DNA of 64,000 nucleotides, from NCBI GenBank assembly GCA_051362555.1, contig CM120640.1, positions 10,788,001-10,852,000 of the forward strand, given 5' to 3'. The position numbers and the translations under genes are program-made. Origin of the DNA: Lingula anatina (taxonomy: Eukaryota; Animalia; Brachiopoda). This document shows, in pieces, positions 10,666-23,100 of this stretch; the stretch's first letter is position 1, and each line of letters begins with the position of its first letter. Under the pieces are notes generated by a model, which saw nothing but the letters and a program-made list of their open reading frames with translations, was not told where the DNA came from and made no database searches.

Positions 10666-13600
10666 GATAACACAATTTGTAACATTTTTCGTTAGCACAA
10701 TAGACACCGTGGCACGTTTGTCCTTTGTGTACGTTGGACTCTTTGTACAAATCTAAAAGAAATGAAAAAAAAAATACGTAAGTATGCGATAATAAGAAAC
10801 TAAGAAACTAATAGAAACAAACTACAGTATATGCGTTAAAGTAAAAAAAAAAATACATTTTACAATTACTCACATTATATGCTATCTACGGTTCCAAAAA
10901 CAGGTGACCAACCGGTATGCTTGCTACTTGTCTACTAAATTCTCTCGAGATTTCTATATCATGCATACCCAAAACCACGTGACTGATTACTGTTCACCTA
11001 ACTAGAGTGACCACAGGGTCATGTGACTTGGCGCACTAACATTTTTGGTTGCAAACTGTACAGTTAAATGCCCTGTAAGCTAATGAAATGCTTGACAAAT
11101 TCAAAATACCATGGAAAATAAATCACATTTAATTTTTATGATAAGAATATTCACATGGGACCGTAAATATCTCTGTCCGGTAAGGTTTGTTATGGCGACT
11201 GTCGGTAGCTCTGCTTGCTTTGTACTTAGTACGCGTGCGGTACTTTTTAAATCCAGCAACGGTCTCTTTAACAAATTTTTGCACTTAGACAAGATGTAAA
11301 TATTAGAAATTACCGAAGCTGATTACGTTCAATCAAGGAGGTACTCCTTGGTGTCAGTAAGAGGGATGTATTTGTTTTCATTTGCAAAATGTCATCCGGC
11401 TTCGTTTTGGAAACAGACGGGCAACAAAAGCGTAATTACTCGATTACTTCCTTAAGAGAAATTTATCATCGTTCAGACAGGTTTTATGTACATCTGTCCT
11501 GGCCTTGGACGAATAAATTTGTCGAAGTATTTAGCCACGACACGACGATCCTACATGACGACGATGAGATAAAGAGAGATGAATCATATCCTTGCCATAA
11601 CAGTGCTAATAAATGTTATACTTTATTCATTGTACTGTAGTTTATACATCCAGATATTTACAGCCGATATCTACATTGGTTGATGAAAATGTACAGTAAA
11701 AATTAAGTATACTATTAAACAATAATAATATATCGTGAATTATGACTACTCTTATAAAATAATATGATATATAATTTGCTGCTGTATGTTTAATCTTAAC
11801 CAGAAGATTCGGCACCCGTCAGAATCTGAGAACGCGCCTACAAAGCAGACAAAATCTGCCAAGTTGAAGGGTCTTTTAAAAAGCCGCCCAGAAGCGTTCG
11901 ATTAGACTACATGTAGAGGACAGATATGATTCAAGTAGACAGAAGATAGAAGTAAGAATATTATTATTTAAAAAAAACCCAGAAACTGTCATGTTTAAAA
12001 AGATAAATGAATGAATGAAAATAAATAATCTCACACTTTTCCAAAAAAAAAAAAAAAAGAAAAGAAAATAAGAATCTTCCGTCTTTCAAGACGTGTAGTT
12101 GTAGTGCGCTTTGTATTACACGTATACTAAAATTTGTGATAATAAATAATATTAACAGTATAAACAAATAATAAAACTTCAGTTTAATTCATATTTGTTT
12201 GTGGTTTATCACTTTTTCTTCAATAACTCCTTATTTTCTTGCATTGGATTGGCATTACGTTAAATTTTGTTATTTCAGATGTTCCGAAGCTATCATAAAA
12301 ACGGCTCTTTGTTTGTATAAGGATTATACAATGTATACAAATTGTGCAGCAGCCAGGACAGTTGCTGTAAAGCAGGATGAGAGTTCAGCACTACAGAATC
12401 TGACGTAGCAGAGCTGCGTGTAAGAACAGATGGTTCCAATCTCAACGTTCTGTACAGGTCTTTTCTGCTGATAATACTCATATACATATGAAACCAGAAC
12501 GGTCAAATACACATGGACTGAAAGGTGGCTAGTATGAAAAAATAATATAAACGCAACAGTGTTGATGTAGACAAATGCCATTCTCTATCACTTATGCAAA
12601 ATGTATTTTATGGTCTAGATTCTGGGAACTGCAGTTTATATATTCAGACCTGTTTTGTATCTGGCAGCCACCAGGTCAATCACGCAGTGTTATTTTTGGC
12701 TGAGCCCAAACAGTTTACAAACACAGTGTGTTGCATTTCTAGTTCTCCTTGCGTCAAGATCAGACGTCAAATGTACCAGCTAGTGGCTGTCTAGAAGGTA
12801 AAACAGACATCTCATGTTCTGATAGGGTGAATCTGACTTTTATAACTAAAAAAGCTGAACAGGCTCTTTGGATATCACAAGTCGGAGGTAGGTGTGGTTT
12901 TCCATACTAAATCTTGTTTAAGAATCTGTGTTTTTGAATTTAAACCTACACAGATGCACATTTGAAGTTCTATGGTTTTAAGTAAATAGCGAATTGCGAT
13001 CTTCAAATGTGAAAGTTATCATCATCTCAGTCAGTAACCCGAAATGACTACAACCTCGATACTACTTACCTTTATAGGTAATGATACCTGACTGAGTATC
13101 TGGACAAACACCGACCGACGAAGAGAATACGTAAGATTGAATGTGTTGATGAACTAATACGATAATGAATAGTTAAAATACGACATTCACTTTTTTCGTC
13201 AGAAGAAATTCGAAAGGTTCAGTCGACGTACTGAAATTCAACATAATTCAGCCGATTATTGTCTCATGTAAGCGGAAATCGGACTTGGTGATAATGGTTA
13301 CTAGATATAATGTCAATGAATCTGAAAATGAGGATTATAACGCGTCTGTGTTATTGCTACGTTTCCTGGGTTTATACAAATAACGTGAAGTAAAGGTCAA
13401 ACGGCTCCATCACATATTTTTGTTTCTAGATGACGTCAATCATTTTCTGATCGACAGGTTGCGCACTATCCAAACATTTTATGTTCATTTCAGACAGATA
13501 AATCTTTTCTTTTCATTTTGCATGGTGGATGAATCCCGCCTCAGTAATCATGAGTAATCTGTAGAATAGATCAACTAATCCATTACTCATGAGTCTTGCT

Positions 13601-13764
13601 CTTTTTCAGAATGAATTGTAGATTCGGACAACATAAGTAGTTAGCAAAAACCAGGCAATGAGATTGATGAGACGGGTTTTCTGAAACATTGTAACGCTCT
13701 TTTCAGAGCGTTCTTAACACAATAAGTGCGCAAAATTGACATTTTCTTGCATAACGAGGTCAGA

Positions 13765-16700
13765 ATGTCGGTGACAAGTGCCATGGATGTAATAGACTAT
13801 GAGGTCTGGAACTTCAACTATGACCCTCATTTATTTCGCCACCCGCTTTGGATGACCAGCAATCACTTAAAATATCGACTGTACAGAGATAATCTCGGTG
13901 TTATGCACTGTCTGAAGGATGGAGAAGGAAGATACATCAAATCACCACGGTATGATTTTGCTTACTTAAAAACAATGTGCCTAAATAAGTATTTTTCAAG
14001 CCTCTTGAATGTAAATGTACATTATGTAGTATAACAAATAAAGATATATAGATATATAAATAAAGATAAAGTGATATATAGATTGTATGTGAATGCCATT
14101 AAAGCCTTTTAAAATGGATACAACTCTTGAGCGTATAATGTAGACCAAAAGACTTGTTACATGGAAAACAGGCCACTGAGGTGACAAAACGAATACGATT
14201 AAATATAACCAATATATAAGAAATATAGTTGTCGCTTTCAAAAGACGAATTTACTACCCCTTTTAACATAAAACGACATAAGATGTCACGTCAAAGAAAA
14301 GAGGAAACACAAGATTCAAATGTAAAAAAAATATTCAGTAAGAATTTGACCCCTTTCAACCTTGTTTCCTCCTTCGCGAATATTATTTCAAGAAGTCTTT
14401 GTCTTATACACGTTTGATAATTGATTGCTAACACAATTTCAGGTCTCTCTCCGATGTCTGCATCTATGACATTGTTTGTAACCTCGACATTTTGCGGCAG
14501 ATGCAGGACCCGTATTTACCCTTGGATCTTTACCCTCGACTCCTCTCAGAGGCCATCTATCAACGTGAACTTCATGCGATTGAATATCTCATCGCCACTT
14601 GGCCTCAGTCAGTACTTAAACTGTATGACGTCGTGCCGTTAGAAGATCAAATTGAGCACGATTATTTGACCACACCAATTGACGGCAACGAAGGCACTAA
14701 CCTACTGGACTGCATCATGCTTGGCCTGTTGAATAGACAGCCCCAAGCAATGATGCAAGTGATTGATTTCACTGGTTTTGAAAAGGGTATGCGATGAAAT
14801 GAGAAATCGAAACATTAATATTTTCATTAATCTGTTTTGTATTTTGCTGATATTTCGTCTTACTTAAATTCACTGTTTATTTATGTATATGTTTGTTTTA
14901 GCAATGTAACAAATCCTATCACCTTACAATGTCCAGGAATATTTACGCGTACGTGTAACTTTAGGCATATGTGAAGTTATGTATTGTAGCATTATTATAT
15001 TTCAAATGACTAATTCATTATGTGGCTTTCCGTTGCTGTTGCCATTCATTTATGACTAAGAAATGAGTTTTTTTACTTTGTCTTTTCAGATCGTAAACTT
15101 TGCAGAGAGTTGTCAAGACTTCCAGTATTGTGGATGGAGCCTGAAGATAGAACTGTTAACATGCTATACGACTATATGTATCCTACCTATGGTGAGTTCT
15201 AATGTCATTACCTGTCTCAAGGACGAAGGAGTGTGATGATGTGAAAACAAAAGGTAACAATGGTAATAATGTTTGGTGGATGTTAGCAATGATAAGATGT
15301 TTCTGAACATTTTACGGTATTGCTAAGGTTGAGATTGCAATTTTATTTCTACACTTTAACTCAGCTCAGCTACATGTTTCATAAATGTAAGATTTCATTT
15401 TTTTCTTTCCAAAGCCTTATGTTTGTGTTTTCTAGTTTTAAACTGGAATCATTTGGATTCGCCAGTGCTTCCTAGAATGACGTTTATTTGTTGGCCTGTA
15501 ACAAATGATATTGCTGCCTTTTGTTTCAGAAATCGCGAAGGACAAAATTCAGAGGTATCTGAACCGAATATCCGTAATATATCACCAGTTTGATAGCGAG
15601 TTTAAACATGGCACTAAAATGGGTATGTACTACACAGAATGTGAGTGTCAGAAGTGCCCTTTAGGAGATTGGTACCGGAGCGGTAATGGTATTACGGACA
15701 TGTTGTTATTTGCTTTTCCGATAACAGTGTGTTCTTGCACGTCGGTCTTAGAAGTTGTAAGGCGCACAATGAATTTTTCCTGGAAATTTCAACATCTTTC
15801 ATTTCATCACCAAGGTACACCATATCCAAAACCGTTAACAAATTACGAACAATAAAACCGTTTTTTTTTTTTTTTTCGAGTACTAGGTCTCTCACATTGA
15901 CTCGCTCTCGTAATGGAAATTTCACCAGTGACGGTAAAGATTGAAAACTTCGAACTCAGAAATGGGTTTATAGCTCGTGATCTTCTCAATGGTTTTGGCT
16001 ACAATGTAGGTCTACTTTGTGATTGATAAGAAAATTGCTGGCATTTTCTGGAAATGAATTTTCTGGTATGTAAAGGTCCAATGTGCATTGTATATTCCTT
16101 TACCGTATAATTTTTTACTAAACATTTACATATATTTCTCTGGCTAATTCTGTGTACATGTCCGTACTGTGTGAATTTTTGCATAGAATTTTTGCGCAAA
16201 AATGATGTCATTAAGAAGGTGACCTTTGATGGAGACCACATTGTTTGTCCTAAACGCACTGCAATCGCAATTTTTCAGCCCCCCTCACCATTCTGTTGGA
16301 TTTAAAGATGACCCTTGATGATGTTGCTTTCGGTTTGTGTCTCCAGTGGCATACACCTTTTAGGTTTGTATGTAACAAACTGTGGATAAAGGAAATACCT
16401 GAAGTTGGGACATCAACCAAAAGACTTGCCAATGTGTTGGAATTGTCCGTAAGTAAATCTTTTTTATTTTATGGATTCAGCTAAACTGTATGATGGATTC
16501 CAAGCAACTACAATAAGTAATTAGTAAAAAAATATTCGCAAGGTTATTTAATCCTAATTATTTTTAATGTACAGACACAGATGTGCATGTGCATATAGCT
16601 GTCACCTGCGTCTGTCGTCGCCGTCATCATCGTCGCCGTCGTCACCGTGCACTTTCGGTGCCATAGCGACACGTGGAAAACTATTAAATACATCAAATCC

Positions 16701-18049
16701 TGCTCAATGTTTATACATTTGACAGTTTTGTTGCCGTGTCTCTTATGTTTATGAAAAAGGATTAGGGTTGGAAGATCTTGCAAATGTTTGTTTTTCAATA
16801 TTTGTAGTTGCTTGGAATACACAAGTTTAAGATGTGTTACTAAGGTGTGTTGTCTTAGGTTCATTATGACGCGAGAGAACTTTTTTTTTCTAGAAGAGAA
16901 GTTTTTTTATAAGTATTTATCAGGAGACATGCAAATCATTTTATCTTATGCTTTTTTCATCGACCAATAGCACGTGTTCTGGTGTAAAAAAGTAAATCGT
17001 TTCTAAAGAAACAAAACGTTTTAAACTTACATTACATGTACGTTTCTGGACCAAACGATTTACTTTTTTACCACCTCTACTTCTGCGACAATTAGCACAC
17101 TCAGAACAGCAGATTAACAGATCCGCGGATCAAATATGGCGACCCTCTAAAAAGCTTGTCGCTTATAACCGATTAGACACTGAATAGATTCCCCGTAACA
17201 AACATTCAAGTGCGTAGGCCATATTTGATCCGCGGATCTGTTAGTCCGCTGATCTGAAGCGCTCACTGAAATCATATTTCATCTCAAAAAATTTTTGTGT
17301 TTAATTGATAGCTACTCACTCATTTGGAAATCTCCAGTCCATGCATCGCCAAGGATGGTAGGAAACTGAGAGAGTTTCTGGCGGGTTTAGAGCAGTTGAA
17401 ACACGTCACAGCACTCAGCATACCTAGTACTGTCGACACCTCAGTTGTACCACAGGCGGCAGAGAAGATCAACAAAACTCTACAGAAAATGAGAACTTTG
17501 AAACGCCTCAACTTTGCGTACTGTAATCTCAAACTGAGTGTCAAACCGCTCTTACAAGGACTGTCACAAAAGTTTGAATATTTGAATCTCAGAGACTGTA
17601 GATTGATCGAAGACGATGTTCACTTTCTATTGCATTGGAAACCAGTTGTGTATTTACGAGAACTGAATCTCAGTAACAACAACTTGACTTTTGTGGAGCA
17701 CGTGTCAACAATGCTGGTGCAGAAGATGAAACTGTTGACATGTTTTGCAGTGTCCTACTGCTCGTTGAGTGTCGGCGCACTTCAGAGGATTGTGAAAAAA
17801 GCGCGACTTCACGGACAAATGAAAGTGTTGGCCATTCAAAACTTTACTCCAATGAGTGACGAAGACATGAGTAACATCTTGCTTGATTGCGCCATGCTCA
17901 CGACTCTACAGAAATGCATCATGCTCCCAGAAACGTATGCCTTTCCTGGGAACAACGAGAATGAGAGGGAAGAAAACCTTGAACTCACGCTGGATTTCTG
18001 TTACGAGTTCCTTAGATCTCATAAGCGTGAAGATATTGCCATTGCCTGA
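13765..18049 (+). CDS. LRRC14/PRAME-family leucine-rich repeat protein (putative CRL2 substrate receptor)
   Basis: Phase-consistent exons 13765-13949, 14443-14786, 15090-15191, 15530-15622, 16279-16448, 17312-18049. Motifs: SLSDVCIYDI (BC-box-like), LPLDLYPRLL, IEYLIATWPQSVL, VIDFTG, and C-terminal LRRs (LEQLKHVTALSI, LKRLNFAYCNL, FEYLNLRDCRL, LRELNLSNNNL). The start codon is less certain. Confidence 0.8.
16561..16690 (-). mobile_element. Diverged 3' fragment of the H1 HINE-like family
   Basis: Reverse complement of the AAAGTGCACGG-(GAC)n-AGACGCAG.TGA..GCTATATG...TGTGTCTGTACAT terminus. May extend to about 16930. Confidence 0.7.
16985..17070. repeat. Inverted repeat (possible MITE remnant)
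   Basis: TAAAAAAGTAAATCGTTT ... AAACGATTTACTTTTTTA, 18-bp perfect inverted repeat. Confidence 0.55.
17094..17263. mobile_element. MITE-like foldback with TIRs of about 45 bp
   Basis: TAACAGATCCGCGGATCAAATATGGC ... GCCATATTTGATCCGCGGATCTGTTA is a perfect core, extended by imperfect outer arms. No clear TSD. Confidence 0.65.
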
Positions 18050-20128
18050 GCCAATGTATGATCGATTTGACTGTGGAACCGATAATACCTTAATTTAAAA
18101 CGGACGAATCATAAAGACATCAAACTTTGGATTGCAGGCTGGAATTCCATTTTTTAAGAAATGGAAGTAGTTCGTAGATATTGGCTTTGAGATGGAGTTC
18201 CTGCTTTTCTATAACCTTCATTTGAACAAGATCAATAGGGGCGAAGAGTTGCATGATACTCCATGGAATGCATTTTGGTCGCTCTGTCGACAGCTTTTCG
18301 CTGGTGCTCGATGTTATCTAATCTTATTCAAGTGGGCGTGGTATTCAGATATTTTCCTTTTTCACGTGGTCATCTTCATCTCAAGTCTCCATTTGCAATT
18401 TTAAGTGATGCCCTTTGCACCACTCATCGAGTTTAAGGCATACGTAAGTTAAACAGTATTTATCGAAAGAAAATTTTTCTTTGATGTTAAAATCGCCCTG
18501 TATAAAAAAGATTATTTACTCATCGTTTTTTCTTGCAGAATTTCATAGATAAATAGATAAATCCATTTAACACACAAACATTGGGCTTCTCTTTTTATTT
18601 GTAATAAATATTTTTACAAGATGTACACGCAGCTTAATTTTTGCTATTTCTTTTGATAGTGATACAAATTATACAATTATATTTACATTTTAGGATAAAT
18701 GAGTATTATATTATATTATCCATATATACAAGGAAGGCAAAAAAATTCATTACAAGCGTAATGTGAAGCAATGACTATCATGTATATTATTACAATGTCT
18801 TAATGTAATCATATAATTCTTAAATATAAAATCAAGTGCAAGCCATGCATTGTGCCTGAGATTTCAAAACAAATGGTTACGCTGGTGAAAAGTTTAAAGA
18901 CGAACCAGTCAGCACCAATACAAAATCCACTTACACCAATCAAAAATGAACACACACACTAAATGCAACGATACACATTACAACATTATGCAAAACAAAC
19001 ACACTCACCCAATTAACTTACATTCAAACAGCAACTACAGTAGAGGTGGTACAATCTTGGATTGAATAAGAAACCTAAATAAAACCAAATCAGGTTGAAC
19101 TCTCCACCTCAAATAATTTATCAAACTTTGTTTCATCTACAAAGGTTACAATCTCTCAACACTCAAAAGCAATGGCAAAATGTATATTCCAATAAATAAT
19201 TGATTTCAATGAGACTGAATCTTAAATGATTACTTATAAAAGATAAATTAATGAACCTTGCACCAAAATATGGAGATCTTAAAATTATCATTGCCATATA
19301 TGATACCTTTACAAAGTAGCATCTGCCTGATGTGAAAAAGAATATCATTTGCAAGACACCTGCACAATGTCTCATCACCACATTAATTGCCTTAAATCAA
19401 TCTTTCTCATGGAGCCTGCCAAGGGCTGGTAAAGCTTCACAGTACTTAAATAGCAAGACCATCTCTTCCATTTCACCAGTAAGAGGACCACATTGTTCTC
19501 TCCAGTAAGAAATGCAGGTAGTCTGTAGTTAAAACTCTTATTATACACTGCAGAACTAAGTCAATGCCAAGTTCTTCCCACAGTCACTTCAATATCCAGC
19601 ACTTCATATACAATACTGTAATCTTAAATAGTAACCTGATAACACTTTTATCAAGATATTTTCTAATGATATTGATCACTAGTTACTACAACACCATGAT
19701 ATCTAGGTCTTGCACCATGTACATTAGTTGTTTGTGTGACAATGTGATGTACTGAATCATTGTCTTATACAAGATTATTTAACTCGGCATCATTCAAGTA
19801 ACAAGAAAAATAAACTACTAATGTTATTAAGATATATCTCACTTGTAAATGCAACAAGGTACATATTACTTGTGTACTACAATATATCTATCAGCAGCTA
19901 CTGTAACAAGATATCTCAAACTAGTTACTAGTTACCAGTTAAAATACACTGAAACCCACCAACAATATCTGATAGCACATTATGCCCAACTTCGAAAAAC
20001 ATCACTTCTTCGCATGGGCATGTCCAGTGCATGGCGTGGTGTTGTTTCAACTAACCCAATGGTTTCTCAAAATGATTTCCATTTTGTAACCATCTTTCCA
20101 TACCCATGATGTGAATTTTTGGCAACTA

Positions 20129-23100
20129 TTAGTTCTCATACTGGAAGTAGTTTAATCCTTGACTTTGCAAACTAAAAAGTCTCTTCTCTACAGCCTCTTT
20201 ATCTGCAAAACAGACAAACTGTATGTATGTATGTCATTTCTTGTTGTTTAAAAGATAAATAAGCACGTTTTTAGGTCTGAGAATATTTTCCTATGACTTA
20301 AATAAAATTTCTATCTATGAATTCCATATAAACATTACACTGAAAAAATTGATGTGCATTTTTTTTTTTGCCGTCTATGATTCTAACTTACATTTATTCA
20401 GCATGTCTTTGTCTTTGTTGTGTTGTGCCTGATGTGCCAAGGCATGTAGCAAGATCTGAGCATTCTTGTACATCCTGAAACACTGCAATAAAAACAAATT
20501 GCTACATTTTAAAGCAAATCAAGTATGAAGTTGTACTACAAAATTGTAGTCAGACCAAGCTATATCTACAGTTTTAGCGACACCTGAGTGATGCTCTCAA
20601 GTATTTCTGTTGTCATACAGATATGTTTTATTCTGATTTAACATATATTAAAAAAAATGGCATTTTCTTGAACAAAACCAACGCTGTTAAGTAGTTATTT
20701 TTTACCTCTTGTGGGTTTCCAAACAGTTCATCCAGAGCTGCAGTCTGACACTGAAATGAATATTATTTCCAACATTATTTCCCCAAGTGAAGAAAAACAG
20801 TTTCAGGTCTCTTTCATCAACAGCAAAACTGATGTAATAGGCATTAATTTTGATAAAGTAAAATACATCCTAGAGTAATTAATTTTAAATTTAAATATCA
20901 AATCGATTTTTCCCACTACTAAAAGAAACAATTGCTTACCATTTCTATTGCATAATTGTAGATGAGCTTGTCTGCAGTAGTAGAGAAGGATTTTAACTCA
21001 TTATCATTGATATTACAGCTTTTTAACTGCTTGGAAATTCCCATGCACCTATGGTAATGGTTGTTCATTTCCTTAAGGACTAAAAACCACAAAAACCTTT
21101 CATTAGTTTTTTCACAGTAAGCTTTTTAAGTCAAATTTTAATTAAACCAAATATGAACTTAAATGAGAATTTTTAAACATACAGTTTTTCTAACAAAAAC
21201 TTGTGTCAATATAATCTAATTCAATACACGTTACCCAATACTTCACCAAGTTATTGTTCTTCATGTGCATTTTGAAAAGAAAAACTTACTGTTTTTCACT
21301 GTGTTTGAGGGCATGAGCTTCCCAGCCTTGATTTCCTCTTTAGCAAGTTGAAGAGAAGCAGACAGGAGTTGCAATGCCTTCACGTGTAGCACAAGTTGTT
21401 CCATGCGCCTAATAAGTACCGACATTTGAACAATGAATTTGTACAATGTAAGTAACCTTAATCAAGTAAGCCAATGTGAACACATACATTAAGCAAATGC
21501 TTCTCACATCTATATCATATATTTCTAGCATCTTTCATTCACTGATAGTTCAAGTTCTTAACATTCTAATAATGCATTTAAAACTGTAAGACTTGGTCAG
21601 TGAACGGGGAAAATGACATCTGGCTGTTTTAGATGCCTAACATTCATACTAAAAACTATGACACTTGTTAAGACCAACAGATGTAGATGAAATTGTCAAA
21701 AGTTAAGAAATGTTTTATGAACTAGTAAAAGAAAACAGAAATGATTTAAAAATCAAAACACAGACAACAGTCTATTCTATACGGAATTTTCTATAAAAGT
21801 CAACACTTTTATTTAAGTAAAATATATATTGATGCGTACCTTTGACTTTCACTGAGAAACTTGACCTGCTCAGAGCCTCCCTCTCTCCTTCCCTGTGGGC
21901 TAATAGACTGAGTCAGTGGTGTGCTTCTCTTCTGAGCCAGCTCAATAATGGTCTCCACCAGAGCCAATACAAATGTCAGCTTAGCAACAGTTTCATTATG
22001 CTCACTCTGAAAATAGTATACAAGAGTTGCTTGAATTAATAACCCCACAATTCTAACGTGTGCACAATTTAAAACCTCATATCTTCTGGAATTACAATTT
22101 TCAGTGTCTCATCATTCATTATATAGTTCGTTTATATAGTACATTAATGGTGAAAAGATTTATACCTTACACTAAAATTGAAAAAAAAAAAAAAACAAAA
22201 AAAAAAAAACTCACATCCATAAGAGTTTCTTCTGCCAACTCTGGTGCCTCAAACAGGATGGGTCCCTCCATATTAGGTGGGGACTGAGCATAGGGCAGGG
22301 AGTTTGGTGGTGATGACCCAGACCTCTCTCTTCCTGTAGAATCCTGTCTCTCCCTTGTAAAGGAGTCTCTTTTCTGGAAACTATCCCTCCGTTCTCGCTG
22401 GCCTGACTCTGACTGGTTTCTCTCCCTATATGGCACAACTGAATTTGCAGACGGGATCTGACTTGACAAACCTGTAACAAGTTGTAAAAAAACATTAAAG
22501 ATCTTTTTAAAAATATTTTGGAAACTTAACCTGAAACATATTTATGTCTTAATTTTGACAGAAAATAGGACATGAAAAATGCCTAAGTAACATAATATAA
22601 AGATATAATATGAAAACATTTCATGCTATATTTATCACCTTCACATGTAATAAAAACTCTTACCTCTAGTGGTCTGTCCAAAGGCTGCTTTCATCAACTG
22701 CTCCCCAATTCTGGTAGGTGCTAGATGGCCTCCACTTGTGGTTCTCTGCAAATTAGATGGTTCTGTCTGGGAAGGCGCCAACCCAGTAGTGTCCAAACGT
22801 CTTGGCCAAGTAGCTGTAAACAAATAACCTACTGATTACTTAGCTACAGAAGATGCCATGCATTTCTTACTGTTAAATACTTAGAAGGAGTCAGGCTGAA
22901 ACTTGCTGCCAATCTGCTGCTACTTTTCAGTGAAAAAGATGTACTGATATAAATCAAGGACAAATCAAGCTCGACTTCTAGCTATTGTGAGCAGGTTTTC
23001 AATTGTATTCAATTTACCACCATCTTCACATATAAACAATTATTTATTGTACTGAGAATGTTGGTTATAACAAGAACATGTTGTTACCAAAAGAAAAAAG

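Noticed and set aside
11389-11640. 83-aa ORF in a CpG-richer intergenic stretch
   Set aside because: No recognisable motif or splice context. It may be regulatory or 5' UTR sequence of the LRRC14-like gene, but this is unsupported.
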